The notes under the pieces were generated by a model, which was given only the letters and a program-made list of their open reading frames with translations, was not told the origin of the DNA and ran no database searches. A stretch of DNA of 32,000 nt from Candidatus Thalassarchaeaceae archaeon (GTDB taxonomy: Archaea; Thermoplasmatota; Poseidoniia; Poseidoniales; Thalassarchaeaceae): assembly GCA_045568075.1 (NCBI GenBank), contig JBJLBP010000001.1:150001-182000 (forward strand). The letters run 5' to 3'. Position 1 is the first letter of the stretch. Each line of letters begins with the position of its first letter. Both the position numbers and the translations under genes were made by a program. Shown piece by piece: positions 25,183 to 32,000 of the stretch.

Positions 25183-25533
25183 ATGGAACGCCGCCCTACT
25201 GTATTTCTCATTGCTATCTTGGCATTTGTATTACTCATCCCAAGTCCTGTTCAAGGATTGTGTATAAACGCTGAAGCATGTGGAATTATTTTGGGGGTTT
25301 GGGCCTCGATGCTAACGGTACCAATCTGTTTGGTACTTTTCGCTTTCGCGATTTGGCCGAAAACCAGACCGTGGCTCGAATTCTTAGCAGTGTTACCTGG
25401 ATTTATGGCAATAGTTACGGGATATCTAATGGTTTTTCAAGTTGCTAGGTTCGATTTGATTTGGGTTCCTCTTATTCATGCTGCTCTAATGATTGCTATG
25501 ATTGGTGTTGGGCGATTGAAGGGAAAGACTTGA
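25183..25533 (+). CDS. hypothetical small membrane protein (about 4 TM helices)
   Basis: 116-aa ORF with an ATG start, almost entirely hydrophobic helices, ending in a basic tail (GRLKGKT). It lies 26 nt upstream of the pyrF start on the same strand. No family recognised. Confidence 0.5.
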   Translation: MERRPTVFLIAILAFVLLIPSPVQGLCINAEACGIILGVWASMLTVPICLVLFAFAIWPKTRPWLEFLAVLPGFMAIVTGYLMVFQVARFDLIWVPLIHAALMIAMIGVGRLKGKT

Positions 25534-25559
25534 GATGGTCGCGCCGACGGAATAACCTG

Positions 25560-26360
25560 ATGCAAGCCGAAGACGCATGGGGTGAGCGCTGGACTTCCTG
25601 TGCTAATCCTCTGTCACATCGATACATGGAGACGGCGGCTCGCAAGGGTTCCTTGGTGTGTCTCGCCGCCGATATGCGAAGCGTTGAGGAATTGCTGGAT
25701 TTGGTCGAAGAGGTTGGGCCTCATATCGCTGCGCTGAAGACTCATGTCGATCTTGTCGATGATTTCTCCGTAGATTCGTGGCAGCGGTTAGTAGATGCCG
25801 CGCAGCGCCACGATCTTCTGCTCTTCGAGGACCGTAAGTTTGCTGATATCGGCAAGGTATCTCAGAATCAGATGGCTGGTGCTCACGATATCCGATCGTG
25901 GGCTGATATTGTCACCGCGCACAGGCTTTCTGGCCCGGATATCGTCGATGGAATCGCCGCCGGTTGGGCTGATGTAGAGCGTATAGGTGGTGTACTCTTA
26001 CTCGCTCAAATGTCGAGTAGCGGTAATCTGCTCGATGCGGCCTACACTGACGAGACTCTCGCTACTGGCCGAGGTTCCCCTCATGTCATCGGCTACATCG
26101 GTAACGGCAGCTCAGCGGACGAGGTAGTCGCTCTACGGAAGAAAGTAGGAGCAGGGCAGATGATTTGGACGCCGGGAGTCAATCTCGCTGTCGGCGATGG
26201 TGCAATGGGTCAGCGCTACGGGCATCCACGTGACGCCGTGCTGGCAGGGTCGGATGCTATCATCGTCGGGTCTGGCATCCATAGCGCCCAAGATCGCTCC
26301 GCTGCGGCCGCGCAGTATGCTGAAACTTCGTTCCAAGCCCTGCTTGATCGAGGGGCCTGA
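25560..26360 (+). CDS. pyrF: orotidine 5'-phosphate decarboxylase, eukaryote-like (URA3-type)
   Basis: LLFEDRKFADIGKV, ALKTHVDLV, LLLAQMSSSGNL, MIWTPGV and GSDAIIVGSGI align block for block with yeast URA3-type OMP decarboxylases. Trimmed to ATG M34 (25560), because the longer ORF overlaps the preceding gene and its extra residues are Cys/Trp-rich nonsense. Confidence 0.9.
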   Translation: MQAEDAWGERWTSCANPLSHRYMETAARKGSLVCLAADMRSVEELLDLVEEVGPHIAALKTHVDLVDDFSVDSWQRLVDAAQRHDLLLFEDRKFADIGKVSQNQMAGAHDIRSWADIVTAHRLSGPDIVDGIAAGWADVERIGGVLLLAQMSSSGNLLDAAYTDETLATGRGSPHVIGYIGNGSSADEVVALRKKVGAGQMIWTPGVNLAVGDGAMGQRYGHPRDAVLAGSDAIIVGSGIHSAQDRSAAAAQYAETSFQALLDRGA

Positions 26361-26362
26361 AT

Positions 26363-26596
26363 ATGGACATGGAGTCGTTACTGAATTTCCTTGTCATCGC
26401 AGTAACTGTGTTACTCATCTGTTTGATATTAATTCGTGAGATTGTGAAACGTTGGCGATTGGGCTTGCGAATGGCGGCTGGAGATGAGAGTTTACTGGAT
26501 GATGGTGCGGTCTCGATGAAGACTATCACCGACGCTCCCGAAGGGAGTGTAATCGTCCCCCATACCCCTGCCACTCGAATAGAGGATAATCTGTGA
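26363..26596 (+). CDS. hypothetical small single-pass membrane protein
   Basis: 77-aa ORF starting 2 nt after the pyrF stop. One N-terminal TM helix (LLNFLVIAVTVLLICLILI), then a basic stretch and an acidic tail. No family recognised. Confidence 0.4.
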   Translation: MDMESLLNFLVIAVTVLLICLILIREIVKRWRLGLRMAAGDESLLDDGAVSMKTITDAPEGSVIVPHTPATRIEDNL

Positions 26597-26602
26597 GTTT
26601 GA

Positions 26603-27316
26603 TCAAACGCCTGTGATTTGTTCAACTAGCGCATTGAGGTCGATTAGGCCTGCATAATGTGCGCCGCCGATTGCTCCGCCGGCTATGATTAGAAGCAGAA
26701 CTAGGCGAACGAGCCAGCGAATTTTGCGCTTGGGTTTGGTAGGGGAAGGGATTGGCGCTGTTGCAATTGGGACTGGCATTTCGACCGCCTCGGTTGCTAA
26801 GGGCGGTAATGGGGGCAACGGAGGAAGTTCGGGTTCAGCCTCCCTGAGAGTGGGGTAGAGGGCGTCGAGGTCGGAGAGACCGGGGGCTTCAGGGATCCGT
26901 CCCATCCAACCTTCCCAGACATCTTCTACGGATGATGTAGAAAATGGAGTCTGAAGAACACCTACCGCCCCAGCAGAATAAGCGGCGTCTTCGGCCAAAG
27001 ACATTCCACCCCGACTCGCGACGAAGACAATGCGAGCCTTCGAGTCGGACTCCCTCATCTCAAGGGCTGCGACGTGTCCGTCAAGCGTTGGAATATCAAC
27101 CGCGATGAATACCATATCGGGTCTCAGTGCAACGAATTGGTCGACTGCCTGGTCGCCGTCCTTGGTAATCTCGGCCTTCCAGCCACGCTTGCGAAGAAGC
27201 AGTTGCAATTGCCCCTCTGTGATCGAGTTACCCACCACAATGAGGGCCGTCTTCGGCTCGTCCTCTGACATACTCATCACTACACGGAAGGGGTTGTTGA
27301 TGAAAGACGCGGTCAC
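26603..27316 (-). CDS. tail-anchored membrane protein with degenerate CheY-like receiver (pseudo-receiver) domain
   Basis: Residues ~22-135 follow the receiver pattern: ALIVVGNS (b1), PDMVFIAVDIPTLDG (b3 with the Asp), RIVFVASRGG (b4), AGAVGVLQTPF (b5). The acidic pair after b1 is replaced by GN, and the conserved Lys before PF is replaced by Thr. A Pro-rich linker follows (PELPPLPPLPPL...PIPSPTKPKRK), then a single C-terminal TM helix (WLVRLVLLLIIAGGAIGGA). The GTG start overlaps the ftsY stop (GTGA, 27313-27316). Confidence 0.7.
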   Translation of the reverse strand: MTASFINNPFRVVMSMSEDEPKTALIVVGNSITEGQLQLLLRKRGWKAEITKDGDQAVDQFVALRPDMVFIAVDIPTLDGHVAALEMRESDSKARIVFVASRGGMSLAEDAAYSAGAVGVLQTPFSTSSVEDVWEGWMGRIPEAPGLSDLDALYPTLREAEPELPPLPPLPPLATEAVEMPVPIATAPIPSPTKPKRKIRWLVRLVLLLIIAGGAIGGAHYAGLIDLNALVEQITGV

Positions 27317-28611
27317 TCATCAGTAGCAAGAATCGAATCGATTAGCCAATCCGGGTCGAAGTCACGTAGGTCATCGTAGCCCTGGCCGACACCTGCCAAT
27401 ACTATCGGTCGGCCTGTTGTGTGAGAGATAGAAAGGGCTGCACCTCCCTTAGCATCGGTGTCGAGTTTGCATAGGACTGCTCCGTCGAAACTGAGCATGC
27501 GTTGGAATTCCCTCGCCTGTACTACCGCATCGTTACCGGCGAGGGCATCGGCTACGAAGAGAACGAGGTGCGGGCGAGTCACACGATGCACCTTGCGCAA
27601 TTCTTCCATGAGGTTGATTTTGTTCTGCATTCGGCCCGCTGTATCGATGATGACGATGTCTTCGCCGCGGGCAGTCGCGCTCTCGACTGCATCTCTTGCT
27701 ACTGCCGCTGCATCTCCACCACGCTGACTACGAATACAGCGCACTCCGAGCCTTTCAGCGTGATTTGCGAGTTGGTCAATCGCGCCGGCTCGGAAGGTGT
27801 CTGCTGCCGCCAAAACCACAGAATATCCTTGGTTTTTCAAGCGGTTGGCGATCTTCGCGCTGGTTGTGGTCTTTCCAGTTCCATTGACTCCCACCATCAT
27901 GATTGAGACTGGTGTTCCTTGACTCGCAAATGATTTGACGGTCTTGTCGAAGTCCCAGTAACCGGCTTGGAGGAGTGAGAGTAATGAAGCTCGCAAGGCC
28001 TTCTCGATTACTTCGTTGAGATCAGCCTTACGATTGAGTCGTGCTCCTATCAGAGAGCCCCGGAGAGTGGTCATTACGTCGCTCACCGCATCGTGCCCCA
28101 TATCGGCCATCAGTAGGTCCGTTTCGAGTTCTTCGAGGATATTTTCCAGAGCTTGGCTGGCGGCTATTACTCGGCCCCCGCGCTTGACTTCCACATCACT
28201 CAAATCAATCTCAAACTTTGCCGCTTCACTGGCTACTAATTCCCTACCAGTCGTGCTACGCATTGGATTGTGTTCGGGGGGTTCAGATTCTTCCTCGGCT
28301 GCTTCCGCTTGTGCCACTGCAGCCGCTCGCTCTGCCTTCTTACGCGACTTCTTATCGGCTGGAGCGCTGAATGGATCCTCAGGCAGTTCCTCAACGAATT
28401 CGTCCCACTGCTCCTCTACTTCTTCTTTGAATTGTTCAAAACCAGGGGGTGGTGGAGGTGGTGTCGCCTTCTTTGCGCGCTCGATTGCGTCCATCAATTG
28501 GCGGCGCTGTATTAGAGCCTCTTCGGCTTCGATTGAGTCCTCTTCGACTGTGAAGTTTTCTTCCTCAACCGCCTCTTTCGCCTTCTTCTTGAAGCGGTCG
28601 AATAAGCCCAT
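27313..28611 (-). CDS. ftsY: signal recognition particle receptor FtsY
   Basis: SRP-GTPase NG domain with MMVGVNGTGKTTTSAKIA (G1), DTAGR (G3), CKLDTDAKGG (G4) and GVGQGYDDL. The ~130-aa N-terminal A-domain is charged, with an amphipathic start MGLFDRFKKKAKEAV. Confidence 0.95.
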   Translation of the reverse strand: MGLFDRFKKKAKEAVEEENFTVEEDSIEAEEALIQRRQLMDAIERAKKATPPPPPPGFEQFKEEVEEQWDEFVEELPEDPFSAPADKKSRKKAERAAAVAQAEAAEEESEPPEHNPMRSTTGRELVASEAAKFEIDLSDVEVKRGGRVIAASQALENILEELETDLLMADMGHDAVSDVMTTLRGSLIGARLNRKADLNEVIEKALRASLLSLLQAGYWDFDKTVKSFASQGTPVSIMMVGVNGTGKTTTSAKIANRLKNQGYSVVLAAADTFRAGAIDQLANHAERLGVRCIRSQRGGDAAAVARDAVESATARGEDIVIIDTAGRMQNKINLMEELRKVHRVTRPHLVLFVADALAGNDAVVQAREFQRMLSFDGAVLCKLDTDAKGGAALSISHTTGRPIVLAGVGQGYDDLRDFDPDWLIDSILATDE

Positions 28612-28620
28612 GTTGTCACC

Positions 28621-29148
28621 TCAGTCGTCCAAAGTAAGATCTGTTCCTCTCTTGCGCCGGCGGCGCTTGGGAGAAGATGGGGTTTCGGTTTGCTCAACGG
28701 GTGTTGTTGCTTCTTCTGGTGTGACTTCGCCTTGGAGTTCGGCCACTCCTTCATTGAACTGGTTGGCGAGTTCGATGACGAGCTTTTCAGTTTCATCGAA
28801 CTCAGTCTTGAGTGCGTCCATCAATCTGAGGAGTTCTTCGTTGCGCGCAGTGAGCATCTCAAGAGCTTCTTCGCGGGTTCGTTCGGCTTGGATTCCGCTG
28901 CCGATGTCGACCACTGCGCCGGCTTGGCTAGGGACATCAGCGATGATTTGGACACCGCCGCCGAGTGGAATCATCACATTGTCTGCGCCCTCGGCGGGAA
29001 TCGCCTCAAGGGCCATGATTGAACGGACCTGTTCCTGGCGTACTTCCTCAAGGCGGACAACTTGTCCCTCGAGGTTCTGTAGACGCTCGCGGTTCAACTC
29101 GACGAGTTGCGCGATACGTTGCAATTCTGCCCTGTCGGGGGTGCTCAT
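28621..29148 (-). CDS. pfdA: prefoldin alpha subunit with extended C-terminal tail
   Basis: Coiled coil, two beta hairpins, coiled coil: NVMIPLGGGVQIIADV...AVVDIGSGIQAERTREEALEMLTARNEEL matches the archaeal PfdA core. It lies 9 nt upstream of ftsY, an adjacency I recall as common in archaea (from memory, unverified). An extra ~35-aa tail ends in PKRRRRKRGTDLTLDD. Confidence 0.85.
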   Translation of the reverse strand: MSTPDRAELQRIAQLVELNRERLQNLEGQVVRLEEVRQEQVRSIMALEAIPAEGADNVMIPLGGGVQIIADVPSQAGAVVDIGSGIQAERTREEALEMLTARNEELLRLMDALKTEFDETEKLVIELANQFNEGVAELQGEVTPEEATTPVEQTETPSSPKRRRRKRGTDLTLDD

Positions 29149-29208
29149 CGGCCTTTGCGAATCGCGCGGGTGTGATGAAGCCGTCGATGTTAATGCGAGA
29201 GTGAAAAA

Positions 29209-30096
29209 TCACTCGCCGTCCCAGATACCTTCTGCAATCATGAATTCCATGACTCGTTCTGACACGTTCGCTCTGTTTCCTCCGCGAACGCCCGTTGCAG
29301 ATACTGCGAATACTTCTGGAGGGATGTCATCGGCTTCTCGGAGATCGTAACCCACCTTTCGGCCGTAAGAAATTGCTTCGATATCTGGCATAACCCATGC
29401 CTCAACATCTTCACCGGCATATCTGTGCTCAATCATTCTCTTTCGAACATCTGTAGAGAATGGATCTGAATCAGATACGGGAGTGTTCCTGATGCCTACA
29501 ACTACACTCTTTCCTTGGTCTAACTCTCTTTGGATGAGCCATTCATGGCCAACATGCAGAGGTTGCCAACGGCCAGGGAGAAGAACTGCCTTAGGCTTCT
29601 CAAATAGGTGAGCGAGTTGCTCAACCATATCGTCGACTGAATTGCCTTCACTACCACTAGAATCTAGTGTAATGTGTGCACACTTTGGATCATCGAAAGG
29701 GTCGCTGATTCCTGTGAAATTTGTTATTTCACCAGTGCGGGCTTTTGCGTACAGGCCTTTCACGTCTCTCTCTTCACATACCTCAAGAGAGGTGGATACA
29801 TGTACCATCACTGCATTATCTGGGAGGATTTCTAGAATTTTCTCTCGTACGTCTTCGTAAGGAGTGATGAATGAACAAAGAACATCTGTATGTTTTGAGA
29901 TCATATTTGCCATCTTAGCTATGCCAAGAAGATGTCTTTCTCGGCCTTCACGACTGAAGTCGGAATTAGCAAAAAAGTCTCTAATCGTGTCGCCATCAAG
30001 CACTTCACAGCCAAATCTGTCCGCGGCTGCCATAGCGATTGTCGTCTTCCCTGAGCCTGAAAGTCCCGTAAACCAAACTACCTTGTTGCCCATCAT
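29209..30096 (-). CDS. cysC: adenylylsulfate (APS) kinase fused to a C-terminal HxGH/ISxT cytidylyl/adenylyl-transferase-like domain
   Basis: Residues 1-165 carry VVWFTGLSGSGKTTIA (P-loop), VLDGDTIR, SFITPY and CEERDVKGLYAKARTGEITNFTGISDPFDDP, a complete CysC signature. Residues 168-295 carry LLPGRWQPLHVGHEWLI (the GxFxPxHxGH motif of class-I-like nucleotidyltransferases) and VSATGVR (ISxTxIR-like). AGGTG lies 3 nt upstream of the ATG. Confidence 0.85.
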   Translation of the reverse strand: MMGNKVVWFTGLSGSGKTTIAMAAADRFGCEVLDGDTIRDFFANSDFSREGRERHLLGIAKMANMISKHTDVLCSFITPYEDVREKILEILPDNAVMVHVSTSLEVCEERDVKGLYAKARTGEITNFTGISDPFDDPKCAHITLDSSGSEGNSVDDMVEQLAHLFEKPKAVLLPGRWQPLHVGHEWLIQRELDQGKSVVVGIRNTPVSDSDPFSTDVRKRMIEHRYAGEDVEAWVMPDIEAISYGRKVGYDLREADDIPPEVFAVSATGVRGGNRANVSERVMEFMIAEGIWDGE

Positions 30097-30187
30097 TACA
30101 CCTTCCGGACTCGGCCGAATTAGGGCCTGTATTTCATAGCAACGGATGGTTGAGGCCCCCGTGAGAGTGTGAATTCCTATATCTGAA

Positions 30188-30199
30188 GGTGGAGGGGGG
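30188..30199 (+). promoter_or_regulatory. Shine-Dalgarno-like GGTGGAGGGGGG upstream of the sulfotransferase ATG
   Basis: GGAGG at 30191-30195 lies 8 nt before the ATG at 30204. A CTATAT element at ~30177-30182 could alternatively be a TATA box for a leaderless mRNA. Confidence 0.4.
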
Positions 30200-30203
30200 T
30201 TCG

Positions 30204-31094
30204 ATGGAGGGTGTGCTGTCAGTGGTTCCAGAAGTCGGTGCCTTCCTACTCGGGGCCCCTAAATGTGGAACCACTTGGCTTGCTGATGCATTGAGCCAAC
30301 ATCCAGGTGTTTGTGTTTCTGACCCCAAGGAGCCGAATATCGTCGCGAGTCACAAAGGCACTTTTCCTCGTGACGATTCCGAACCTGATTGGGAAGCTTA
30401 CTCGGGTTGCTTCTCAAGTGGTGGTGTACGTATCGATTGTTCTGTTCATGCACTGGCTTGTCCGGTTGCACCCAGTCGTGTTGCTAGGTTTTGGCCAGAG
30501 GCGCGTTTGGTCGTATGTCTGCGTGAACCTGTGAGCCGTACCATCTCTCATTGGAACATGATTCTAGACACTGGCGAGGATGCTGAGTTTGGTGAAGATT
30601 GGTCTAACTTCGAAGTAGCCTGGGCCGATTCTCGGTTGAATTGTGATACATTGTATGGCGCCAGTGTGACGCGCTGGTTGGAGTATTTCGGTAGAGATTC
30701 TATTCTCTTGATAGAGGCTAATCGTATGCGGCACGAGCCTGTTGCTGTGTTAGCTGAAGTCTGTGCCCATTTGGGTGTTGATGAGTATGCCTTTGATCTC
30801 GATGCCGTGCATAATGCAAATACGGCGGCCGACCGTCGTCCAATTACCTTCTTCGGCCGCATTTTTCGCTTTACTGCCAGCCTACTACCTGGATTTCTCA
30901 AAGGCCCAATCGTAAGACGCTTGCAGGCTCGCGGCACCAATGTGTACAAGATGCCGGTGCTATCGAGCGAGGCGCCGGAGAAGCGGGTGATTTCTGATGC
31001 CCAACGAGCGCTTCTGGCAGAGCAAGTGAATGCAGATCTAACCCTACTTGAGGGTGCTACTGGATTTGATGCATCGGGCTGGCGCATCGCCTGA
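30204..31094 (+). CDS. PAPS-dependent sulfotransferase family protein
   Basis: 5'-PSB loop FLLGAPKCGTTWLADAL (PKxGTTW) and 3'-PB motif VCLREPVSRTISHW (RxPxxRxxSxW/Y). The track ORF starts at a GTG at 30189; I prefer the ATG at 30204, which follows the SD-like run. Confidence 0.8.
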   Translation: MEGVLSVVPEVGAFLLGAPKCGTTWLADALSQHPGVCVSDPKEPNIVASHKGTFPRDDSEPDWEAYSGCFSSGGVRIDCSVHALACPVAPSRVARFWPEARLVVCLREPVSRTISHWNMILDTGEDAEFGEDWSNFEVAWADSRLNCDTLYGASVTRWLEYFGRDSILLIEANRMRHEPVAVLAEVCAHLGVDEYAFDLDAVHNANTAADRRPITFFGRIFRFTASLLPGFLKGPIVRRLQARGTNVYKMPVLSSEAPEKRVISDAQRALLAEQVNADLTLLEGATGFDASGWRIA

Positions 31095-31111
31095 TTAGCG
31101 GCGTCTGAAAA

Positions 31112-31846
31112 TTACTGATGAGCAACCCATTCTTTGGTCCATCGCCCGTCTGCTGCGACTAGGAAAAATGGGTTGAGAACGTCCTCGACAAGGTCGTAAT
31201 CTAGAGTTGTTCCTGTTGGTCCAACCACTATACCTCCTGCCCCAGAAACCACTGCATGGGCGGCGGCGATATCCCAGCAAGAGGTTGGGCCGAATCGTGG
31301 ATAGAGGTCTGCTCCCCCTTCAGCAACAATACAGGCCTTGAGAGATGAGCCCATTCGAATTAGTTCATGCTCGCCGACAGCGGCCGCAAATGACTCATCC
31401 TTCTCGCCTCGATGCGAGCCGCTGGCGACTAATTTTACCAATCCATCACTAGCTTGGGCCATCATCGGGCCGGAACCATCTCGCCCTCTTCGTTCGGAGG
31501 TGTGTAAAGCTCCACCAAACCAAGTCGTATCTGTGGCCGGAGCGTGAACCACCCCGAAGAGAGGGGCCCATCGTGCACCATCTCGACGCATCAGCGCGAT
31601 GTTAACAGTAAACATCCCATTTCTCTTGATGAATTCCTTTGTTCCATCTAGTGGATCAACTAACCAGCAGGTGTTGCTCGATAGGGGGTCGCCAACTCGG
31701 CCTTCCTCAGATACTATAGGTGTGGAATCGATTGCCTGCAAGCCTGCTACAATGATATCGTGAGCCGCCAAATCAGCCTTAGTCAGGGGAGAGTCGTCGC
31801 CCTTTCGCGTGACTTCGATCCCCTCTGCAGCATCATAAATTTCCAT
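31112..31846 (-). CDS. cysQ: 3'(2'),5'-bisphosphate nucleotidase CysQ (inositol monophosphatase superfamily)
   Basis: SPLTKADLAAHDIIV, VSEE, WLVDPLDGTKEFIKRNGMFTVNIAL, GSSLKACIVAEGGADLYPRFGPTSCWDIAAAHAVV. From memory, these align along the whole length with E. coli CysQ. The coordinates give the first-ATG form. Homology continues about 17 codons further upstream without a canonical start (see findings). Confidence 0.85.
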   Translation of the reverse strand: MEIYDAAEGIEVTRKGDDSPLTKADLAAHDIIVAGLQAIDSTPIVSEEGRVGDPLSSNTCWLVDPLDGTKEFIKRNGMFTVNIALMRRDGARWAPLFGVVHAPATDTTWFGGALHTSERRGRDGSGPMMAQASDGLVKLVASGSHRGEKDESFAAAVGEHELIRMGSSLKACIVAEGGADLYPRFGPTSCWDIAAAHAVVSGAGGIVVGPTGTTLDYDLVEDVLNPFFLVAADGRWTKEWVAHQ

Positions 31847-31911
31847 GATTGCCTCGCCCGCGAGAATAGCGATATCGACGATTGCTTCAGGGTCCAGGCG
31901 GCTCCCTCCAA

Positions 31912-32000
31912 TCAGAAGTCTTGCAACTCGTCGGCCCCTGCCTCAAGTTTGGCGCGGGCCTCAGACGAAAGGTGTTGCAAGAATGGGTCTTCATCACCAA
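31912..32000 (-). CDS. C-terminal end of an unidentified upstream gene (28 codons visible)
   Basis: The minus-strand frame reads GDEDPFLQHLSSEARAKLEAGADELQDF then stop (stop = plus-strand tca at 31912-31914). It is open to the right window edge, and the other two frames look non-coding. Too short to identify. Confidence 0.3.
   Translation of the reverse strand, partial: GDEDPFLQHLSSEARAKLEAGADELQDF

Noticed and set aside
28016-29350. A 444-aa plus-strand ORF, among the longest in the window, spanning the ftsY 5' end, all of pfdA and the cysC-fusion 3' end.
   Set aside because: The translation is Ser/Arg/Ala low-complexity with no motif. It lies exactly antisense to three well-supported genes rich in GAA/GAG/GAC codons, which suppress stops on the opposite strand. 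This is a shadow ORF.
30548-31087. A 179-aa minus-strand ORF opposite the sulfotransferase gene.
   Set aside because: The plus-strand product carries both PAPS-binding motifs. The antisense product is Arg/Ser-rich with no motif.
1-32000. Search for tRNA/rRNA genes, CRISPR arrays, IS elements, integrases, toxin-antitoxin pairs or known defence-system signatures.
   Set aside because: No intergenic gap exceeds about 145 nt. No transposase, integrase, nuclease or helicase motifs appeared in any ORF, and I could detect no long direct or inverted repeats by eye. The absence of short ncRNAs cannot be proven without covariance-model scans.

Overview
Gene-dense window, roughly 95% coding. I found no rRNA, tRNA, CRISPR array, transposase or integrase, and no intergenic gap exceeds about 145 nt. 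All calls come from motif recognition on the supplied ORF translations; no database search was run.

Likely source (inference): a planktonic marine archaeon, possibly Marine Group II/Poseidoniales-like. The evidence is an archaeal-type prefoldin-alpha gene directly upstream of ftsY, alongside many bacterial-type genes (RluA-family synthase, MMPL, MFS-DHA2, SelO, SDR, UbiB) and a surface hydrolase with thrombospondin-type-3 repeats.

Layout:
- 492-6764 (-): SOUL heme-binding protein, M50 site-2 protease, zinc-ribbon protein, surface GDSL hydrolase with TSP3 repeats, and an S15/CocE-NonD peptidase lipoprotein.
- 6833-8347 (+): MFS-DHA2 transporter.
- 8354-19515 (-): long co-directional array of ABA4-like membrane protein, thioredoxin-like lipoprotein, atypical SDR, crtI, crtB, UbiB/ABC1 kinase, MMPL transporter, RluA-family pseudouridine synthase, and an orphan 717-aa mosaic membrane protein.
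- 19658-21178 (+): selO.
- 21186-25057 (-): purQ and a PurS-PurS-PurL fusion.
- 25183-26596 (+): small membrane ORF, URA3-type pyrF, small membrane ORF.
- 26603-29148 (-): tail-anchored degenerate receiver protein, ftsY, pfdA.
- 29209-31846: a PAPS-cycle cluster of a cysC-nucleotidyltransferase fusion (-), a sulfotransferase (+) and cysQ (-).

Most worth a second look:
- the 717-aa fascin-like / 4-TM / PG-binding-like protein;
- the crtB-crtI operon extended by a Tyr-less SDR, a CxxC lipoprotein and an ABA4-like protein;
- the pseudo-receiver whose start overlaps the ftsY stop;
- the CysC-HxGH nucleotidyltransferase fusion, a candidate minimal ATP sulfurylase;
- cysQ, whose homology extends upstream of any canonical start codon.
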